Shown: positions 55,388 to 64,000 of the stretch, one piece after another | Layout of the letters: each line of letters begins with the position of its first letter | Position numbering within the stretch: position 1 is the first letter of the stretch | DNA from: Pseudogracilibacillus sp. | Lineage (GTDB): Bacteria; Bacillota; Bacilli; Bacillales; Amphibacillaceae | Reading direction: 5' to 3' | Assembly (NCBI GenBank): GCA_035303165.1 | Contig: DATGRY010000117.1 | Coordinates: 2,002 to 66,001 of the forward strand | Length of the DNA: 64,000 nt | The notes under the pieces: generated by a model | The model's database searches: none | Told to the model about the DNA's origin: nothing | What the model saw: the letters and a program-made list of their open reading frames with translations, nothing else | Program-made: the position numbers and the translations under genes

Positions 55388-55720
55388 CGTTTATTCATCA
55401 ACTCCGTTATTTTAAGGTTACATTCCCGTTTCCCCAGGGTATAAACTTATATACGTATATTATCCCATGATTAACATAAAATGAAAACAGTCTATTTTAT
55501 TACAAAGGTTTGGAGCATTTTTTCGTCATAACGGAACATAACTGATTGGGAAAGTAGTAAAATAAATGAGAATTTTTAAGTGTGAAAATAGCTCGAAACG
55601 ATCGTGACAACGATTATTTAAAAACATTTACATTTATCAAATGTAATTGCATTTCAAATAAAGAAGTATGAAGTGTTTTTCTTGACATATAGGCGAGTCT
55701 ATATAATAATTAATATTGAA

Positions 55721-55735
55721 TTAGAATTATTATAG
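55721..55735. promoter_or_regulatory. putative PerR box near the ahpC promoter
   Basis: TTAGAATTATTATAG matches 13 of 15 positions of the PerR consensus TTATAATNATTATAA. It lies just downstream of a TTGACA -35 element at 55682. Confidence 0.5.
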
Positions 55736-55831
55736 TTAACCAATATTTTCACATAAAAAGCTGACTTAACGGCGTTATTGGTAACTATGTAATTCTAAAA
55801 ATAATATAATATTCAAGGAGGAGTATGTAAC

Positions 55832-56401
55832 ATGTCATTAGTTGGTAAACAGGTTGAACCGTTTAAGGCGGAAGCTTACGATGCTGGTTCTGGTGAATTC
55901 GTAGAGGTAACAGAGGAGAATTTTAAAGGAAAGTGGAGCGTAGTTGCATTTTATCCAGCTGACTTCACATTCGTTTGTCCAACTGAGTTAGAAGATTTAC
56001 AAGACCAGTACGAAGAGTTACAAAAATTAGGTGTTGAAGTATATTCTGTTTCAACAGACACACATTTTACACATAAAGCATGGCATGACCACTCACAAGC
56101 AATTTCAAAAGTTAGGTATACAATGATCGGTGACCCATCACAAAAAATTTCACGTAGTTTCGATGTACTTGATGAAGAGTCTGGATTAGCACAGCGTGGA
56201 ACGTTCATCATCGACCCAGACGGTGTTGTTCAAGCTTGTGAAATTAACGCAGAGGGTATTGGTCGTGATGCAAGTACATTAATTCCAAAAATTAAAGCTG
56301 CACAGTACGTGCGTGACAACCCAGGCGAAGTTTGCCCAGCGAAGTGGGAAGAAGGAGCAGACACGTTAAAGCCAGGACTTGACCTTGTAGGTAAAATTTA
56401 A
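55832..56401 (+). CDS. ahpC: alkyl hydroperoxide reductase subunit C (2-Cys peroxiredoxin)
   Basis: The motif [18 protein letters not shown] and the resolving-Cys region EVCPAKW are present. Confidence 0.96.
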   Translation: MSLVGKQVEPFKAEAYDAGSGEFVEVTEENFKGKWSVVAFYPADFTFVCPTELEDLQDQYEELQKLGVEVYSVSTDTHFTHKAWHDHSQAISKVRYTMIGDPSQKISRSFDVLDEESGLAQRGTFIIDPDGVVQACEINAEGIGRDASTLIPKIKAAQYVRDNPGEVCPAKWEEGADTLKPGLDLVGKI

Positions 56402-56461
56402 GCTGAGACTTCATAAAACAGGACTTCATTTCGTATGTAAAATCTAAGGAGTGTAATAATT

Positions 56462-58021
56462 ATGTTAGATGCAGAATTAAAAGCACAGTTAGCTCAATAT
56501 CTTGACATGATGGAGGGCGACGTGCTCATTAAACTAAGCGTAGGAACCGATGAAAAATCGAAAGACATGGAGAAATTTATCGATGAAATTGCACCGATGT
56601 CTGATCGTATTACTGTAGAACGCGAAACGTTAGAAAGAACCCCAAGTTTTAGTCTGAACCGCTCAGGGGAAGAAGTTGGGATCGTTTTTGCCGGCGTCCC
56701 TCTAGGTCATGAGTTTACATCTTTCGTGCTAGCACTTCTGCATGTAAGTGGTCGAGCTCCGAAGGTTGACGACAAGGTAGCTGAACAAGTAAAGCAAATT
56801 GAAGACACACTTCATTTTGAAACGTACGTCAGCTTAACTTGTCAAGTATGTCCTGAAGTCGTTCAAGCACTTAATACTATGGCGGTGTTGAACCCGAACG
56901 TTTCGCATACGATGATCGATGGTTCAGTCTTTAAATCCGAAGTTGAAAGTAAAAACATTATGGCTGTACCATCTGTTTACTTAAATGGTGAGCCATTCAA
57001 CAACGGTTTAATGACGTTGCCGGAAGTATTAAACTTGTTAGGATTCGTACAAGATGCATCTGAATTCGATAAGAAAGATCCATTTGACGTTCTCGTCGTC
57101 GGCGGAGGACCTGGTGGCGTAAGTGCGGCCATTTACGCGGCTCGTAAGGGTATTCGCACGGGAATCGTTGCCGAGCGTATCGGTGGTCAAATTATGGATA
57201 CAGCAACGATTGAAAACTTTATCAGTGTTAAAAGTATTACTGGTCCAGGACTTGCGGCAAACTTAGAAGAGCACGCAAAAGAATACAATATCGATATTAT
57301 GGATTTACAACGTGCTACAGCGTTACGTAAAGAAAATGAATATATCGAAATTGATTTGGAAAACGGTGCAACGCTAAAGAGTAAGTCTGTCGTTCTTGCA
57401 ACGGGTGCTAGATGGCGTAAAGTTGGTATTCCAGGTGAAGATGAATACCGCAACAACGGAGTTGCGTATTGTCCACACTGTGATGGACCACTCTTTGAAG
57501 GAAAAGATGTGGCGGTCATCGGTGGTGGAAACTCTGGAATCGAGGCTGCAATCGATCTAGCAGGTATTGCAAGTCATGTAACAGTTCTTGAATATTTAGA
57601 TGAACTAAAGGCAGATTCAGTTTTACAAGACCGATTAAAACAATTGCCGAATGTTAAAGTGATCACGAACGCCCAAACGACGGAAATCACTGGTGATGAT
57701 GACGGTGTGAACGGTATTTCGTATATTGATCGCGAGACTGAAGAGAAACATCATATCGAATTAGCAGGAGTATTCGTTCAAATTGGACTCGTTCCGAATA
57801 CGGAGTGGCTCGGTGACTCTGTGGAGCGTAACCGATTTGGCGAAGTTCTTATCGATAAAAAAGGTGCGACGAATGTACCGGGCGTCTTTGCCGCAGGTGA
57901 CTGCGCTGATGAACCGTACAAGCAAATTATAATTTCAATGGGTTCAGCAGCGACTGCCTCATTAAGTGCATTCGATTACCTCGTGCGCAATGCTGAAAAG
58001 TTTGAAAAAGTTGAATCGTAA
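56462..58021 (+). CDS. ahpF: alkyl hydroperoxide reductase subunit F
   Basis: The N-terminal thioredoxin-like CQVCP, FAD GGGPGG and redox CPHCDG motifs are present. Confidence 0.95.
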   Translation: MLDAELKAQLAQYLDMMEGDVLIKLSVGTDEKSKDMEKFIDEIAPMSDRITVERETLERTPSFSLNRSGEEVGIVFAGVPLGHEFTSFVLALLHVSGRAPKVDDKVAEQVKQIEDTLHFETYVSLTCQVCPEVVQALNTMAVLNPNVSHTMIDGSVFKSEVESKNIMAVPSVYLNGEPFNNGLMTLPEVLNLLGFVQDASEFDKKDPFDVLVVGGGPGGVSAAIYAARKGIRTGIVAERIGGQIMDTATIENFISVKSITGPGLAANLEEHAKEYNIDIMDLQRATALRKENEYIEIDLENGATLKSKSVVLATGARWRKVGIPGEDEYRNNGVAYCPHCDGPLFEGKDVAVIGGGNSGIEAAIDLAGIASHVTVLEYLDELKADSVLQDRLKQLPNVKVITNAQTTEITGDDDGVNGISYIDRETEEKHHIELAGVFVQIGLVPNTEWLGDSVERNRFGEVLIDKKGATNVPGVFAAGDCADEPYKQIIISMGSAATASLSAFDYLVRNAEKFEKVES

Positions 58022-58037
58022 TAAAAACATACTACGA

Positions 58038-58084
58038 ACCACTTTACTACGTTTTAAGTAGTAAAGTGGTTTTTCTCTTTTGGG
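58038..58084 (+). terminator. intrinsic terminator after ahpF
   Basis: A 13-bp perfect stem ACCACTTTACTAC/GTAGTAAAGTGGT is followed by TTTTTCTCTTTT. Confidence 0.8.
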
Positions 58085-58221
58085 AAATATGTATAGAAAA
58101 CTGTTGCGTTATTTATAATGATAGTAATTCGTTATACAATTTCACATATATACAACGAACAAAAACAAAATATCATATATACTATATAATGATGAAGCAA
58201 AAGTAAGGTGTGAAAGTAAAA

Positions 58222-59154
58222 ATGGATAAATTTATTTATATCGAAGATGTCGTACAAACTTTTTCATTAGAACTACTAGCAGGAGATGCGACGTTACAAC
58301 GGAAAATTACAAAACCGAATGCACGTCGACCGGGTTTAGAACTTGTGAAACATTTAGATTTTTTTCCACAAAAACATGTATTCGTGCTCGGAAGAAACGA
58401 AATTCATTATTTACATCAACTACCGGATCAAGAACGGGAAAGTCGTGTAGAAACATTAGTAACGTATGACCCACCGTGCATTATCGTAACGGATAACTCA
58501 GATGGACTAACGTATTTAACGAAGTATTGTAAAGCGAGAAATATCCCGCTACTTAGAACAGCTGAATCAAACTATGAATTTATAAAGAAAATTGATGCAT
58601 ATTTAATTAAATGTTTAGCTCCTGAAATTGCAGTGCACGGCGTTTGTGTAAACGTATTCGGAATTGGTGTGTTAATTCGTGGCGACTCCGGAGTCGGAAA
58701 AAGCGAAACAGCCCACTCATTAATTGGTCGTGGACACCGGCTCGTTGCTGATGACATTGTTGTCTTAAAAAAACTGAGTCCACAAACGTTATTAGGAACG
58801 CATAACGAAACGAATAAAGAGTTACTATCATTACGTAGTATAGGTTTATTAAACGTCGTTCGTATGTATGGACGTAAAGCGTTTCAAGATGAATCGCGCA
58901 TCGCTTTAGATATTGAATTAACGAAATGGCAAGACAATTATTTATATAACGAATTAGAAGTCGAAATGAAAACGAAATCGTATATGGATGTAGAAATTCC
59001 ATCATTAGAAATTCAATTGAAACCGGGGCGAGATGTCGTTGGACTTATTGAAGCGGCGGTGAATAACTGGTATTTAAAAGAACAAGGATATAGTGCAGCG
59101 GAAGAGTTTATGGAACGAATTGAACAAGAAGCAGATGAAAAAGCGGAGCGTTAA
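58222..59154 (+). CDS. HPr kinase/phosphorylase-like protein (divergent paralogue)
   Basis: The Walker A GDSGVGKSE, GHRLVADD and VHGV are conserved. LSLRSIGLLNV stands where I recall the canonical loop being LEIRGLGIINV. The start was set at the ATG at 58222. Confidence 0.75.
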   Translation: MDKFIYIEDVVQTFSLELLAGDATLQRKITKPNARRPGLELVKHLDFFPQKHVFVLGRNEIHYLHQLPDQERESRVETLVTYDPPCIIVTDNSDGLTYLTKYCKARNIPLLRTAESNYEFIKKIDAYLIKCLAPEIAVHGVCVNVFGIGVLIRGDSGVGKSETAHSLIGRGHRLVADDIVVLKKLSPQTLLGTHNETNKELLSLRSIGLLNVVRMYGRKAFQDESRIALDIELTKWQDNYLYNELEVEMKTKSYMDVEIPSLEIQLKPGRDVVGLIEAAVNNWYLKEQGYSAAEEFMERIEQEADEKAER

Positions 59155-59263
59155 ATAGAAATAAGTATAAGCGACTTTGGCTCACTTTAGTTTAGTTCAA
59201 TTTGCACGTAATATACGTTATAATAGATAAGACGAGCATGAAAGATGAAGGGGATCAAAACGG

Positions 59264-60949
59264 ATGAGCTATCAGGCGTTATACCGTGTTTATCGGCCGA
59301 GAACATTTGCAGATGTTGTCGGACAATCACATATTGTCAAGACGTTACAAAATGCAATAAGTTCGGAGCGTTTTTCACATGCATATCTCTTTTCAGGTCC
59401 TCGGGGTACCGGAAAAACGAGCGTAGCGAAAATTGTTGCACAGGCACTTAATTGTGAAAAAATGCCAACGAAAGACCCGTGCAATGAATGTGCAGCATGC
59501 AAAGGCATTTTAAACGGAACGATCCCAGACGTCATTGAAATTGATGCTGCATCGAATACGAGTGTCGACGATATTCGTGATATTCGTGATAAAGTGAAAT
59601 TCGCACCAAGTTCTGTACCATATAAAGTGTATATTATCGACGAAGTGCATATGATTTCAGTAAGTGCGTTTAATGCACTATTGAAAACGTTAGAAGAACC
59701 ACCCGCACACGTCGTTTTTATTTTAGCGACGACAGAACCGCATAAAATTCCGTTAACGATCATTTCACGTTGCCAACGTTTTGACTTTAAAGCGATTAAC
59801 AATCAGACGATTAAAAAACGGCTTGCAACAATTATGGAACGAGAACAAATCAACATGGAAGAAGAAGCATTAGAAGCCGTCGCTTTGGCCGCCGAAGGTG
59901 GTATGCGTGATGCACTTAGCATTTTAGATCAAGTAATCGCATATAGTGATGGAGAAGTTACGATAGATGATGTACTCGCCGTTACAGGTAGTGTATCGCA
60001 ACAAATATTAACGGAAATGACAAAAGCACTTTATACGGGACATACGCATGAGACGATGGAGTTATTCGATGCGATTATTCAATCGGGGAAGGATCCTAGT
60101 CGATTCGTTTTCGATTACATCTATTTTTTACGAGATGTTCTATTTTATAAAACGACTTCACAATTAGAAGCGTTTCTAGAACGAGCAATCGTCACGGAAC
60201 AATTTAAAAACCTAGTGAATGAAGTAGAGCCCGAATGGATAAAAATGGCGATAAACGAATTAACCCGTTGCGAACAGCAACTAAAATGGACGAACAGTCC
60301 AAAAATATACGTAGAAGTATCGCTTCTAACAATTGCAACACGACAAGAACAATTGACACCGGTCGTTTCTGAATCGAAAGAGCATGGGTACGTAGCGATG
60401 TTAACCGAACAAATAAATAGATTAGAACAAAAAATAAACGAGTTAGAAAAACGTCCGAAGGTAGCTGCAGCACCAAAGCAAACAGAACAACGAACGAATC
60501 GACAGCCGCGCAAACATACATTCGACGTTCCGTATGAGCGAATTAAAGCTGTGTTAGATGAAGCGGAAAAGAGTGCCATTCAAAAGGTACGTACGCAATG
60601 GGAATACTTTTTACAACAGTTAAAACAAGCGAATGCACCAGCACATGCAACGATTCAAGATAGTAGACCAGTTGCTGCTTCTTCGACGACGCTTATCGTA
60701 AGTTTTAAATACGAAATTCATTGTTCGTTATTTTTGGATCATAAAGAGATGATCGAATCGCTATTAGAAAGTGTTTTACAAACGTCGATCGATATCGTCC
60801 CGGTTCCAGAAAAGCAATGGCAGTTGGCTCGTTCGACGTATTTAGAGGAACAAGAGGAAAGTGAAGAGAAAGAAGAAAAAGAAGTTGATCCTATTATAGA
60901 AGAAGCACGCAAATTAGTAGGAGATAACTTGTTAGAAATACGTGATTAA
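59264..60949 (+). CDS. dnaX: DNA polymerase III subunit gamma/tau
   Basis: The AAA+ motif is GPRGTGKTS, the zinc module is CEKMPTKDPCNECAAC, and the box is IDEVHM. Confidence 0.95.
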   Translation: MSYQALYRVYRPRTFADVVGQSHIVKTLQNAISSERFSHAYLFSGPRGTGKTSVAKIVAQALNCEKMPTKDPCNECAACKGILNGTIPDVIEIDAASNTSVDDIRDIRDKVKFAPSSVPYKVYIIDEVHMISVSAFNALLKTLEEPPAHVVFILATTEPHKIPLTIISRCQRFDFKAINNQTIKKRLATIMEREQINMEEEALEAVALAAEGGMRDALSILDQVIAYSDGEVTIDDVLAVTGSVSQQILTEMTKALYTGHTHETMELFDAIIQSGKDPSRFVFDYIYFLRDVLFYKTTSQLEAFLERAIVTEQFKNLVNEVEPEWIKMAINELTRCEQQLKWTNSPKIYVEVSLLTIATRQEQLTPVVSESKEHGYVAMLTEQINRLEQKINELEKRPKVAAAPKQTEQRTNRQPRKHTFDVPYERIKAVLDEAEKSAIQKVRTQWEYFLQQLKQANAPAHATIQDSRPVAASSTTLIVSFKYEIHCSLFLDHKEMIESLLESVLQTSIDIVPVPEKQWQLARSTYLEEQEESEEKEEKEVDPIIEEARKLVGDNLLEIRD

Positions 60950-61006
60950 GCGTTTAATCATTCATGAAAACAAAAGAAAAGCATATATTTATAGGAGGAG
61001 ATAGAA

Positions 61007-61327
61007 GTGAAAGGTATGGGCAACATGGGGAACATGATGAAACAGATGCAGAAAATGCAGAAGAAAATGATGAAAGCACAGGAAGAATTACTTGCCATGG
61101 AATTTGAAGCATCCGTCGGTGGTGGAATGGTTACAGTTATCGCGAACGGAAAGCGCGAAATCATCGATGTTCAAATAAATGAAGAAGCTGTGGATCCAGA
61201 AGATGTAGAAATGTTACAAGATTTAATCATTGCAGCGATGAATGATGTCATGAATCAAATCGAAACAAAAACAGAAGAAACGATGGGACAATTTACGAAA
61301 GGACTTAACGTACCAGGGATGTTTTAA
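61007..61327 (+). CDS. ebfC: nucleoid-associated protein YbaB/EbfC (YaaK)
   Basis: The sequence begins with a Met/Lys/Gln-rich N terminus and continues ...[23 protein letters not shown] start, 7 nt after GGAGGA. Confidence 0.9.
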   Translation: MKGMGNMGNMMKQMQKMQKKMMKAQEELLAMEFEASVGGGMVTVIANGKREIIDVQINEEAVDPEDVEMLQDLIIAAMNDVMNQIETKTEETMGQFTKGLNVPGMF

Positions 61328-61362
61328 TACCTATACGTTCATCGCCTTAGGAGGCTAGAAAG

Positions 61363-61959
61363 ATGTATTACCCAGAACCGATATCAAAACTAATTGAGAG
61401 CTTTACAAAATTGCCAGGAATAGGGCCGAAGACGGCTGTCCGTCTGGCTTTTTTTGTGATCGATATGAAAGATGAAGATGTCGTCGATTTTGCTAACGCA
61501 TTAGTAAGCGCAAGGCGAGAGCTAACGCATTGCAACATATGTGGTCATATTACGACACAAGAGACTTGCTCCATTTGTAATGACGCAACGAGGGACGAAT
61601 CCGTCATTTGTGTCGTTGAAGACTCTAAAGATGTCATTGCGATGGAAAAAATGAAAGAGTTCCGTGGACTTTATCATGTGCTTCACGGTTCAATCTCACC
61701 GATGGACGGTATCGGTCCGGAAGATATTAATGTACCAAGTTTAATTAAACGATTGAAAGATGAAGACGTACAGGAAATTATTTTAGCGACGAACCCGAAC
61801 ATTGAAGGAGAAGCAACAGCGATGTACATATCGCGTCTCGTCAAACCGTCCGGTATTAAAGTAACGCGCATTGCTCACGGCTTGCCTGTAGGTGGCGATT
61901 TGGAATATGCTGATGAAGTCACATTAGCGAAATCACTCGAAGGTCGTCGGGAATTATAA
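61363..61959 (+). CDS. recR: recombination protein RecR
   Basis: The HhH is LPGIGPKTA, the zinc finger is [16 protein letters not shown], and a Toprim domain is present. Confidence 0.95.
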   Translation: MYYPEPISKLIESFTKLPGIGPKTAVRLAFFVIDMKDEDVVDFANALVSARRELTHCNICGHITTQETCSICNDATRDESVICVVEDSKDVIAMEKMKEFRGLYHVLHGSISPMDGIGPEDINVPSLIKRLKDEDVQEIILATNPNIEGEATAMYISRLVKPSGIKVTRIAHGLPVGGDLEYADEVTLAKSLEGRREL

Positions 61960-61979
61960 GAAAGAAACAGGGTGAAAAA

Positions 61980-62192
61980 ATGCGGAGAAAAAGACGTCGT
62001 CAAGCAGTGAATCAACAGTTGTTAGAGGCACTTTTTGCTTGTGAGGCGGAATGGAAGAAGTTATTACAAATTAGTGAGAATAGCATCGATTTTCGCTTCG
62101 AGTCAAAACATCTTTTACATTTAGCCGAAGCAAAATATTCATTTCTATTAAGGGAGGTAAAACATCGTAATATAAGTTTATTACGATCATAG
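61980..62192 (+). CDS. yaaL: DUF2508 protein YaaL
   Basis: The segment LAEAKYSFLLREVKHRN matches the YaaL C-terminal motif. It lies between recR and bofA. Confidence 0.75.
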   Translation: MRRKRRRQAVNQQLLEALFACEAEWKKLLQISENSIDFRFESKHLLHLAEAKYSFLLREVKHRNISLLRS

Positions 62193-62277
62193 TATAAATA
62201 AACGAAAATCATTCTATTGTTCTAAATGATCAACGTCCCTCATAAAAAACTAATAGAGACGAGGAGGGACTCTAAAT

Positions 62278-62544
62278 ATGATCAATGTATTATATGTCGT
62301 AAGTAGTGTATTACTACTAATTATTTTTTACGTAGCAATCCGTTATCCAGCAAAAATGATGAGCATGGTCGGTAAAATTATCGTACGGTTAACGATCGGC
62401 TTGTTGCTCTTATTTTTTTTCAACATATTCGGTGGCTATATCGGTTTGCATATCCCAATTAACGTATATACTGTTACAGTAAGTGCTACGTTAGGGGTTT
62501 TTGGTACGTTAGCGTTAGCAGCTGTGCAAATTTTTACATTATAA
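62278..62544 (+). CDS. bofA: pro-sigma-K processing inhibitor BofA
   Basis: It is an 88-aa two-TM protein with the motif FNIFGGYIGLHIPINVYT, in the conserved position. Confidence 0.85.
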   Translation: MINVLYVVSSVLLLIIFYVAIRYPAKMMSMVGKIIVRLTIGLLLLFFFNIFGGYIGLHIPINVYTVTVSATLGVFGTLALAAVQIFTL

Positions 62545-62840
62545 CGTTTATATTTTCATGTACGATCGACGAAGAAGCTAACCATATGGACAAACTTATT
62601 TTTCTTTCTTCTTGCAATTCGGGTAAATCGGGATAAAATAATAGTAATAGATTGTAAAAAATAGTTAATTCTCGCACAATTCGCTTATAAATACGGATAT
62701 AATCGAAGTTCAAATATGTTAACAATGTATGATATAATCATGAACATTTAAAACGAATGTAAAACCGTGATACAATAGAGATAATAGTACTTTTTGTCTG
62801 AATTGTATCGATGTCGTAACATTAAAGGAGAAAAAGTTGT

Positions 62841-63805
<965 letters not shown>

Positions 63806-63828
63806 AAAGAGGTAAAGGGGCTTTGTAC

Positions 63829-64000
63829 ATGAAAATAAGTCAAGATTATAATTCAAAAATTGACCAAAAGCCTATACGTAAAACAAAAGAAGATAATCAG
63901 ACGTTTCGCCAAATTGTTTCCTCAAAAGCGGGTACGATGCAACAGGCGGAATTAGTTCGCTTAATCGACGATATTACAGAACAAGGGGAGAAAATTGCGC
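63829..64000 (+). CDS. yaaR: DUF327 protein YaaR; 3' end lies outside the window
   Basis: The hand translation is MKISQDYNSKIDQKPIRK...LIDDITEQGEKIA. It lies downstream of darA, as in B. subtilis, with RBS AAGAGGTAAAGGGG. Confidence 0.7.
   Translation, partial: MKISQDYNSKIDQKPIRKTKEDNQTFRQIVSSKAGTMQQAELVRLIDDITEQGEKIA

Noticed and set aside
62235-62270. A GTCCCTC/GAGGGAC pairing that could occlude the bofA Shine-Dalgarno.
   Set aside because: It is only a 7-bp stem with a 22-nt loop, too weak to call a regulatory structure without comparative support.
62534-62725. A 63-aa minus-strand ORF after bofA, considered as a csfB (Gin) candidate.
   Set aside because: It has no CxxC zinc motifs, it overlaps the bofA 3' end, and its orientation does not fit.

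Overview
This window is the replication-origin region of a low-GC, spore-forming Bacillales (Bacillaceae-like) chromosome, and gene order largely follows the Bacillus subtilis origin map. Most of it is conserved core genome. On the minus strand it runs walRK-yycHI-walJ-htrC, purA, the replicative helicase, rplI, gdpP, yybS, rpsR / ssb-rpsF, ychF, spo0J-soj-noc, rsmG, mnmG, mnmE, jag, yidC, rnpA and rpmH. A bipartite oriC (DnaA-box clusters plus an A/T-only unwinding element) flanks dnaA. On the plus strand it continues dnaA-dnaN-yaaA-recF-remB-gyrB-gyrA, guaB, dacA, pdxS, serS, tRNA-Ser, tadA, SRP RNA, dnaX-ebfC-recR-yaaL-bofA and tmk-darA-yaaR. I found no CRISPR array, prophage, intact mobile element, rRNA operon, or recognisable defence or toxin-antitoxin system, and I do not claim a new system. 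The points worth a second look are local departures from the conserved layout: (1) rpsR is separated from rpsF-ssb by a 1.6 kb insert carrying a frameshifted MCP/PAS mosaic gene, with a predicted terminator after ssb and a predicted new promoter for rpsR. (2) A transposase N-terminal relic and a terminator sit between mnmG and rsmG. (3) A 5.3 kb selO-ahpCF-hprK-like block is inserted between the SRP RNA and dnaX, and it includes a divergent HPr-kinase paralogue. (4) pdxS has no adjacent pdxT and a shortened N terminus. (5) A degenerate HD-GYP protein follows gyrA. (6) parS palindromes flank the noc-soj-spo0J cluster, and one doubles as a terminator hairpin. (7) DnaA-box clusters lie outside oriC. 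(8) A proline T-box precedes a P5C reductase, while serS lacks a T-box. Several ORF-track starts are over-extended (GTG/TTG inside Shine-Dalgarno sequences); I corrected them from RBS spacing and homologue N termini. All family assignments rest on motif recognition by eye, not on database searches.
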